From Candidatus Saccharimonadota bacterium (lineage in GTDB: Bacteria > Patescibacteriota > Gracilibacteria > UBA1369 > 2-02-FULL-48-14): a stretch of 32,000 bases of DNA. Position 1 is the first letter of the stretch, and the number at the start of each line of letters is the position of its first letter. A program made the translations under genes and the position numbers. The stretch covers positions 510,001 through 542,000 of the forward strand of contig JBAZVE010000001.1 of NCBI GenBank assembly GCA_041661045.1, read 5' to 3'. Positions 6,975 through 13,743 of this stretch are shown here, one piece after another. A model generated the notes under the pieces. That model saw nothing but the letters and a program-made list of their open reading frames with translations, had not been told where the DNA came from and made no database searches.

Positions 6975-9338
6975 ATGAAAATTGCACTGATTTGTGGGGG
7001 GCCTTCGCTCGAAAGAGGAATTTCTCTCAACTCCGCGCGGAGTGTGCTCAACCACCTTGAGGGAGATGGAGTAGAAATCGTCCCTGTTTATTTTGACCAC
7101 AAAAAACGAGCCTATCATTTGTCGCCGGCGCAATTGTATTCCAACACGCCCTCCGACTTTGATTTTAAATTAGGGGAAACAGCCAAATTTTTGAGCGCCA
7201 CTGCCCTGAAAAATCTTTTAAAATCCTGTGATTTGGCCTTTCCTGTGATGCATGGACAGTTTGGGGAGGATGGTGGAATTCAGCGAATTTTGGAGCGATT
7301 CAAGGTTCCTTTTGTGGGCGCGGGACTCCAGGCGTGTAAACTGTGGGACAAATTTGAGGCCAATGGCTTTTTGAGGAAAAATGGATTTTTTACGCTGCCC
7401 TCGGCCTTGCTTAAAATTCATCACACGGATCACAAGAAAATTATTGAGGAGTTTTTTAGGAAAAATAAAATAAAGCGAGCGGTGGTGAAACCCGCGAGCG
7501 GGGGCTCCAGCATTGGGGTTTACTCGGTGAGCAGCCCGGAGGAAGCCCTGGAGAAGGCTAAATTGCTTTTTGGGCGAAGGATGGACACGCGGCTTGTTTT
7601 GGAGCCTTTTTGTGAGGGGACGGAATTTACGGTGATTATTTTGGAAAATCGATTCAATATGCCGGTGGCCATTTTGCCCACGGAAATTGAGACGGATTAC
7701 ACGAAGAATCAGATTTTTGATTTTCGGAAAAAGTACCTGCCCACGCACCAGGTTCGATACCACTGTCCACCACGATTTGATAACGAGACCATTGAGCGCA
7801 TTCAACTTCAAGCGGAACAGATTTTTAAGATCATGGGACATCGTGACTTTGCTCGTTTCGATGGGTGGCTGCTTCCGGACGGGAAAATCTGGTTTTCCGA
7901 TTTCAATACCATCAGTGGAATGGAGCAAAATAGTTTTCTTTTCCAACAAACGGCCCGCATTGGATTCAGTCACAGAGATCTTTTGTACAGCATTGTGCAG
8001 CATGCCGCGGATCGTTACGGCTTGACGATGCCGCCCAAAAAAGTTTCCGCTGCGGTGCAAAAGAAACCGGTGAATGTCCTTTTTGGGGGCAGCACTTCCG
8101 AGCGGCAGGTGTCTTTGATGAGTGGGACAAATGCATGGCTTAAACTACGGCGCAGCGAAAAATATACCCCCAGGCCTTATCTCTTGGATCTCAATGGAGA
8201 GGTGTGGGAGATCCCTTATGCCTTCGCGCTCAACCACACGGTGGAAGAGATTTTAGAGAATTGCGAGAAAGCGGAGGAAGGGGAAAAACGGCTCCGATTT
8301 TTGGAGGAAAAAGTGAGGCTTCGTTTAGCGCTTAGAGAGGGGGAGGCCAGCGAGCCCTTCTTCATCCCGCGAAAAATGAGCTTACAGAAATTTATTGAGC
8401 AGAGTTCATTTGTGTTTTTGGGCCTTCATGGTGGAATTGGAGAGAACGGGACACTTCAAGCGATGCTTGCGGACAGCGGAGTGAAATTCAATGGACCCAG
8501 CGCGGAAACTTCCAGGGTGTGCGCGGATAAGGCTGAAACGGGACACCGGCTCATGGGCCTGGAGAAGTCTGGGATTTTTGTGGCGCCCAAGCAAACCGCT
8601 CTTTCAAGTGGTTTTGACGGATGGGATGATAAAGATTTTGAAAAATACTTCACGGAACTCCAAAAGAATCTTGGCTCTAAAACGCTCATTGTTAAGCCTC
8701 GTGATGAGGGGTGCTCTTCCGGCATTGTGCGCCTCTTCACTTGGCATGATTTGCAGCAGTACATCCACTTCGTTTTGAGTGGAGAAACCCAAATTCCCGC
8801 CGGGTCTTTTAGTAAACAAAAGGACCCTATTGAAATGCCTCTGCAGCCCATTGCGCACCTCCTTTTTGAAAAATTTATTGAAACCGACACGGTTCGGGTA
8901 AAAGGGAATCGTCTCAAATGGCACCGTAAAGGGGGGTGGATTGAAGTGACGGTTGGGGTGCTTCAAATGGAGGGTAAAATTCATGCGCTCAGCCCCAGCC
9001 TTACCATTGCGGAAGGGGAGGTGCTTTCGGTGGAAGAAAAATTTCAAGGAGGGACGGGAATCAATCTCACCCCGCCTCCGGAGAAATATGTGAAGCCTGC
9101 TGTTTTGGCTCGAGTTAAAAAATCCATAGAAAAAGTGGCCCAAGTTTTAAAAATCGAAGGGTACTCTCGGATCGATGCCTTTATTCAAGTAGACACCGGG
9201 GACCTGATTTTGATTGAAGTGAATACGCTTCCCGGGCTTACTCCTTCCACGGTGCTCTTTCACCAAGGCATTGCGGAAAGCCCATCGGTTTATCCTCTGG
9301 AACTTTTGGAGAAATTCGTGGAGAATAAGGGCTATTAA
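6975..9338 (+). CDS. ddl: tandem-fused D-alanine--D-alanine ligase family protein (two ATP-grasp units in one 787-aa chain)
   Basis: Unit 1: MKIALICGGPSLERGISL, HGQFGEDGGIQ, KPASGGSSIG, FDFRKKYLP, ARFDG..DFNTISGM. Unit 2: VNVLFGGSTSERQVSL, HGGIGENGTLQ, KPRDEGCSSG, SRIDAF..EVNTLPGLTPSTV. Confidence 0.8.
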   Translation: MKIALICGGPSLERGISLNSARSVLNHLEGDGVEIVPVYFDHKKRAYHLSPAQLYSNTPSDFDFKLGETAKFLSATALKNLLKSCDLAFPVMHGQFGEDGGIQRILERFKVPFVGAGLQACKLWDKFEANGFLRKNGFFTLPSALLKIHHTDHKKIIEEFFRKNKIKRAVVKPASGGSSIGVYSVSSPEEALEKAKLLFGRRMDTRLVLEPFCEGTEFTVIILENRFNMPVAILPTEIETDYTKNQIFDFRKKYLPTHQVRYHCPPRFDNETIERIQLQAEQIFKIMGHRDFARFDGWLLPDGKIWFSDFNTISGMEQNSFLFQQTARIGFSHRDLLYSIVQHAADRYGLTMPPKKVSAAVQKKPVNVLFGGSTSERQVSLMSGTNAWLKLRRSEKYTPRPYLLDLNGEVWEIPYAFALNHTVEEILENCEKAEEGEKRLRFLEEKVRLRLALREGEASEPFFIPRKMSLQKFIEQSSFVFLGLHGGIGENGTLQAMLADSGVKFNGPSAETSRVCADKAETGHRLMGLEKSGIFVAPKQTALSSGFDGWDDKDFEKYFTELQKNLGSKTLIVKPRDEGCSSGIVRLFTWHDLQQYIHFVLSGETQIPAGSFSKQKDPIEMPLQPIAHLLFEKFIETDTVRVKGNRLKWHRKGGWIEVTVGVLQMEGKIHALSPSLTIAEGEVLSVEEKFQGGTGINLTPPPEKYVKPAVLARVKKSIEKVAQVLKIEGYSRIDAFIQVDTGDLILIEVNTLPGLTPSTVLFHQGIAESPSVYPLELLEKFVENKGY

Positions 9339-9357
9339 ATTGGCGCGAGCCGTACTT

Positions 9358-9762
9358 ATGGGTGATTTCCCCGTTCCGCTGAAGCAGAAATTTCTTGAAA
9401 AGGCCGAGAGGCTGCGGATTTTCCCTGAAGATATTGAGGAGAAATTTGTGAGAGGAAGCGGCAGCGGAGGACAAAAAATGAATAAAACCGCCAGTACGGT
9501 TTGGCTCAAACATTTACCCACCGCAATGGAAGTGAAAGTTCAGGATCAGAGGGAGCGGGAGGCTAATCGCATGGCGGCGTACAGGGTTTTGATCCTAAAA
9601 ATTGAAGAAAAGATACTGGGGAAGAAATCCGAGTTGATGCAAAAAGCTTTTAAGCTGCGCAAGCAAAAAAAACGCCGAAGCCGCAAGGCGAAAGAAAAAG
9701 TTTTGGATGAAAAAAAGCACCGAGGCGAGCTCAAAGAAAATCGCCGAACCCCTCAATTTTAA
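9358..9762 (+). CDS. arfB: ArfB-like GGQ-domain peptidyl-tRNA hydrolase (RF-1 domain protein)
   Basis: VRGSGSGGQKMNKTAS GGQ motif followed by a Lys/Arg-rich C-terminal tail. 134 aa from ATG 9358. The track ORF start at 9271 overlaps ddl and is an extension. Confidence 0.65.
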   Translation: MGDFPVPLKQKFLEKAERLRIFPEDIEEKFVRGSGSGGQKMNKTASTVWLKHLPTAMEVKVQDQREREANRMAAYRVLILKIEEKILGKKSELMQKAFKLRKQKKRRSRKAKEKVLDEKKHRGELKENRRTPQF

Positions 9763-9780
9763 TAAATCTCCTTCCGTTGA

Positions 9781-10491
9781 ATGATGTACGAAAAAGCTTT
9801 TTATTTAACCGGTAAGCGAGGGAACAATGTGTTTTCTTATGAAGACCGCGGGGAGGCGCCGCAACTTTTTATACCCGCCATTGTGGAAGGATCTTTGGAG
9901 GATATTCGGGAGGGTACAGAAGTTGTTTTTTCCGATCGGGATGAGTACGGGGTTTTGCAGAATTGTGTTGGACTTTTGCACTTTGTGAGGACTTCTTTTA
10001 ATGGGATCCCCGTTATTGTTGTGGACAATCACAATCATGTTTTTTACTTTTGGCATGAGGCGCGGGCCCGTGGGTTTTTACGAGAGGGCGCGACACTGAT
10101 TCATATTGATCAACACAAGGATGCGCGAGATCCCGGTGTGCCTTTTACGGGAGCAAGCCTTGAGGAAGTTTTTGCCTACACGAACGAAGTTTTGAATGTG
10201 GGCAATTATATTGTGCCGGCGCAGCGGGGTGGGCTTGTGGGGGAGGTGCAGTTTGTGACCAGCGAACAAGCGCTTGAGGATGAGTCCTTTTGTGCTCGAG
10301 ATAACAAAATCCTCAATATCGATCTCGATTTTTTTGCGCCGGAAATGAATTACATCGATTTTCAAAAGGCCCGGCGCTTTATTTTGAAGCACGCCCAAAA
10401 TGCTTCACTCATCACGGTGGCCACCAGTCCCTTTTTTATTGAGCAGAAGCGGGCACTAGAGATATTGACAACCCTATTAAGAGTTGTATAA
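9781..10491 (+). CDS. UPF0489 family protein (C5orf22-like), function unknown
   Basis: VVDNHNHVFYFWHEA and LIHIDQHKD motifs, as I recall them for UPF0489. Not verified by search. Confidence 0.5.
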   Translation: MMYEKAFYLTGKRGNNVFSYEDRGEAPQLFIPAIVEGSLEDIREGTEVVFSDRDEYGVLQNCVGLLHFVRTSFNGIPVIVVDNHNHVFYFWHEARARGFLREGATLIHIDQHKDARDPGVPFTGASLEEVFAYTNEVLNVGNYIVPAQRGGLVGEVQFVTSEQALEDESFCARDNKILNIDLDFFAPEMNYIDFQKARRFILKHAQNASLITVATSPFFIEQKRALEILTTLLRVV

Positions 10492-10499
10492 TTTCTTCT

Positions 10500-11390
10500 A
10501 TGTCACACTCTTTAGAGTCCGGTGAGGCTCGAGTAGAAGAAGAACTTAGTCCTACGCGCTTAGATCCTGCCGCGTGGACTCGTGTGGCGGACGAGGTGAA
10601 CTTAGCCTGTAAGGACTTGGTGCTTGATCCTTTTATTCCTTTAAATGTTCGTACAAGCCTTTCTGAATTGCAGGCGTCTTTGAGCATGATGATGCCGGGT
10701 GGAGACTTGAGCTTCGCCGACCAAGCAGTTTTTGAATTTTTGGCAGCCACTTTTCGGCCGGATCCGGTGGTGGTGAAAAGAAGATCTCGTCTTGATTTGG
10801 CACGACGCATCCATGATGTTCGAAACCTTACTATTGTACTTTTAAGCCTCTTGGAACGGCCAAATCCTACCGGTACAGATTTGGAGCATTCGCGGGTTAT
10901 TGTCCAGAAAATTTTAAGTGTTTTGGACGGTCAAGAGGGGGCTCCCGCCGCACTCTTTATGCACTTTGAAGAATTGTCACAGATCTTTGATGACATGCAT
11001 TTGCGGTACGGGGATCCCACGAAGATCCCTTTTTATTTCACGGGGAAGGAGATTCCGCTCAGCACCATGAACCTCAGCAGACTTCTCATCAACCTTATTG
11101 ATAATGCTAAGAAGGCAGGAGCTACTGAGGTTCAGTTTAGCTTTGATGTTGAAGGGAACAGCCTTGTCATCCACCTGCTCGACAATGGACCCGGGTTTCC
11201 TGCCGAGCCTTTTGCCAGTAGGCCCAATGCAGCGACGGGGCATGGGTATGGCCTTGATGAGTGCAAGACGCTTTGTGAAAAGGCCGGAGGAAGCCTGAGC
11301 CGTGGGTCGCTTAGGGGAGAGTCCGGGTGGACAGCTGGGGCGGAGTGGACTATTCGGCTTCCTTTGAATGAGGCAAGAGACCCGCAGTGA
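10500..11390 (+). CDS. soluble histidine-kinase-like protein (HisKA-like H box + HATPase_c), no membrane or known sensor domain
   Basis: H box ARRIHDVRNLT. N box LLINLIDNAKKAGA. G1 DNGPGF. G2 GHGYGL. H-to-N spacing is about 100 aa. Confidence 0.7.
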   Translation: MSHSLESGEARVEEELSPTRLDPAAWTRVADEVNLACKDLVLDPFIPLNVRTSLSELQASLSMMMPGGDLSFADQAVFEFLAATFRPDPVVVKRRSRLDLARRIHDVRNLTIVLLSLLERPNPTGTDLEHSRVIVQKILSVLDGQEGAPAALFMHFEELSQIFDDMHLRYGDPTKIPFYFTGKEIPLSTMNLSRLLINLIDNAKKAGATEVQFSFDVEGNSLVIHLLDNGPGFPAEPFASRPNAATGHGYGLDECKTLCEKAGGSLSRGSLRGESGWTAGAEWTIRLPLNEARDPQ

Positions 11391-12570
11391 TCCAAAAAGG
11401 AGCCATGAAAAGGGGGAAGAGGAGACTGTTTACAAAAATGGCGTGGATGAAGAGGCCGCAGAGACCGGCCAGGAAGCCCGCGGCGAAGCCGGATTTTTTG
11501 TGAACCCAGGCTTGTTTGGCGAGGAGGAGATAGGCCGCCAGAAAAGGAATGAAGCCGAGGAGTCCGGTGGTGGCCAAAATGTTGAGTAGACTGGAATCGG
11601 AACCGCTGGCGGAGTGAATTTCAAGATCTTTGAGCGTTCCCAGTTCCAGAGCGGCGTGTTTGTATCGATTGTAGCCATGCCCAATCCAGGGCTCCTTCAA
11701 AAAGAGTTGCCAGGCCTCTCCCCAAGAATCATAACGAAGTCGGGCGGAGGCGTCGGGGAGAAAATAATCTTCCACAAAGGCGGACTCGATGCTTTCCACA
11801 AGGCTCAAAAATCGAGATTGAACGGGGGGTAAAAAACTTAGGGTCACAAGAAGAATGGCCATAAAAACAAAGAGCAATTTGATGGAGCGAAGCAGTCCAA
11901 AAACAAAAAGTCCCGCCATGAGCGCCAGGTAGGCGCTGCGAGAAAGGGTGAGTACAAGAGCCAGAAGCATCACGAGAGCCAGGGCGGCGAGCACGGCGCG
12001 GTGTTTTTTAGCATCCCAGGCCACCCCCACCACAATGGGGAGCATGAAAGCCAGGAAGCCGCCCACGAAGTTGGGGTCAAACCAAGTGGAGAGCAGGCGG
12101 TTTTGGTGTGGGTCCCAGCCCAAGAGCTCCATGGTGGTGAAATCCGGCATGATTTTGAGTTGGATGAAGCCCGCCACGCACAAAAGGAAAATGAAAAAGA
12201 GCAGGGCGAGGAGGGAGTGTTTTTTTTCAGCCGCACTTTGATTCCAAACGACCACGGAAAGTAAAAAGAAGGCCGCGAAACGGACCCCGTAAAAAGTGGA
12301 TTCCAGCACTTCTTGCCCGGACATGTCGCCGGAATGAAGGAGCAGGGAAGCGAATCCAAAGAAGAGAAAGATAAGAACGGGGAGGGCCGTTTTGGGAAGG
12401 CGAATGGGGCGCTTTTGTATGGCTTGGATTGTGGTCCAGGTGAGAACAAACAGCGGGACGAAGAGGTCGATCCATAAAAACCCGTGGAAGCGACTCAGTT
12501 CACCCACCAAAGAGAGGAGGAGGGCAAGTCCAATGCCAATGGAACCGAAAGGGAAGGCTTTTTTAATCAT
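11350..12570 (-). CDS. O-antigen ligase (Wzy_C) family membrane protein
   Basis: 406 aa, about 10-12 hydrophobic segments, and an LTLSRSAYLALMAGLFVFGLL segment typical of the Wzy_C region. Confidence 0.7.
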   Translation of the reverse strand: MIKKAFPFGSIGIGLALLLSLVGELSRFHGFLWIDLFVPLFVLTWTTIQAIQKRPIRLPKTALPVLIFLFFGFASLLLHSGDMSGQEVLESTFYGVRFAAFFLLSVVVWNQSAAEKKHSLLALLFFIFLLCVAGFIQLKIMPDFTTMELLGWDPHQNRLLSTWFDPNFVGGFLAFMLPIVVGVAWDAKKHRAVLAALALVMLLALVLTLSRSAYLALMAGLFVFGLLRSIKLLFVFMAILLVTLSFLPPVQSRFLSLVESIESAFVEDYFLPDASARLRYDSWGEAWQLFLKEPWIGHGYNRYKHAALELGTLKDLEIHSASGSDSSLLNILATTGLLGFIPFLAAYLLLAKQAWVHKKSGFAAGFLAGLCGLFIHAIFVNSLLFPLFMAPFWITAGLLPHSKEAE

Positions 12571-12613
12571 TGGGGATATTGTACATTATACCAGGCCTTT
12601 TCAACTCGATTTT

Positions 12614-13201
12614 ATGAAGCTGCTTGTCGCCACAAAAAATCCAGGAAAATTTGAGGAAATTCGAGAAATGTTGCTTCCACTTGGTGCCGAGCTTTTGTCT
12701 TTGGCGGAAGTGGGGATTAGTGACGATTTTTTTGAGGGCGGGGATGGCTTTGAAGAAAATGCACTTGGAAAGGCGAGGTTTTATTTTGAGAAATCCGGGA
12801 TACCCGCCGTGGCCGACGACAGTGGTATTTTTGTGGAAGCGCTTGAAAGTGAGCTTGGGGTAAAGACGCGTCGATGGGGGGCGGGAGAACGAGCGAGTGA
12901 TGAAGAGTGGCTCGAACAATTTTTAAAGCGAATGGAGTCGGAAGAAAATCGGAACGCCGAATTTGTGTGCGCGGCGGCTTATGCCGGGCCCGAAGGGGAG
13001 CGAGTTTTTGTGGGGGACACAAAGGGAACCCTTGCAATGGCACCACAAGTTCCGGTTCGCCAGGGGATACCGCTCTCTTCGATTTTTTACCCCGAAGGAT
13101 ACCGTAAAGTGTATGCGGAACTTTCTTTGGACGAAAAAAATGCGGTGAGTCACCGCGGAAAAGCCTTTAACAAACTGCTCTCATGCTTGAAGATGTTTTG
13201 A
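12614..13201 (+). CDS. rdgB: RdgB/HAM1 non-canonical purine NTP pyrophosphatase
   Basis: MKLLVATKNPGKFEEI, VADDSGIFVEAL and SHRGKA motifs. The track ORF (12392) has a 74-codon upstream extension overlapping the neighbouring gene. Confidence 0.85.
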   Translation: MKLLVATKNPGKFEEIREMLLPLGAELLSLAEVGISDDFFEGGDGFEENALGKARFYFEKSGIPAVADDSGIFVEALESELGVKTRRWGAGERASDEEWLEQFLKRMESEENRNAEFVCAAAYAGPEGERVFVGDTKGTLAMAPQVPVRQGIPLSSIFYPEGYRKVYAELSLDEKNAVSHRGKAFNKLLSCLKMF

Positions 13202-13743
13202 AAAGAATAGAGACCGAAAATGAGGCGCAAGACCAATGGATTGTTGGCCCTGCCACCGGGAAAATGCTGCACTGGTTGGTGCGCGTTTTGGAGCCGGAAG
13301 TGGTGCTTGAAATTGGTACTTCGGTTGGATACAGCGCCCTATGGATGGCCTCCGCTCTCGAGAAAAATCAAAGGGGGCAGCTGTGGACCATTGAGTCTCA
13401 TGAGGAACGGTTCCACACGGCTCAAAGAAATATTGAAGCGGCGGGATTGGAGCACCGCATTTTGCAATTGAGGGGACATGCTCCGGAGATTTTTACGGAA
13501 AACCCCATCCTGCCAAAGCGCATCGACCTTGCTTTTTTTGATGCCACCAAGCAGGAGCACCAGTCTTATTTTGATGCTATTTTTCCACGCATCCCTTCAG
13601 GTGGCATGATTGTGGTGGACAATGTTCGGTCTCATCGTTTTGGAAAAATGCAGAGCTTTATTGAGGCCACGCACAAACATGCCGGACTCAAAGTGGTTGA
13701 GATTCCGGTGGGAGATGGGCTGCTTATTGCCCGCGTCGTTTAG
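13183..13743 (+). CDS. class I SAM-dependent O-methyltransferase, family 3 (TrmR/YrrM- and CCoAOMT-like)
   Basis: VLEIGTSVGYSALWMA, LWTIESHEE, IDLAFFDATKQEHQSYFD and GGMIVVDNV match the Methyltransf_3 layout. Confidence 0.8.
   Translation: MLEDVLKRIETENEAQDQWIVGPATGKMLHWLVRVLEPEVVLEIGTSVGYSALWMASALEKNQRGQLWTIESHEERFHTAQRNIEAAGLEHRILQLRGHAPEIFTENPILPKRIDLAFFDATKQEHQSYFDAIFPRIPSGGMIVVDNVRSHRFGKMQSFIEATHKHAGLKVVEIPVGDGLLIARVV

Noticed and set aside
7218-8060. 280-aa minus-strand ORF inside ddl
   Set aside because: It is antisense to clearly conserved Ddl motifs and has no recognisable features.
12392-12613. 74-codon upstream extension of the rdgB ORF
   Set aside because: It overlaps the O-antigen-ligase-like gene start and is Arg/Lys-rich. 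RdgB homology begins at MKLLVATKNPGKF (ATG 12614).
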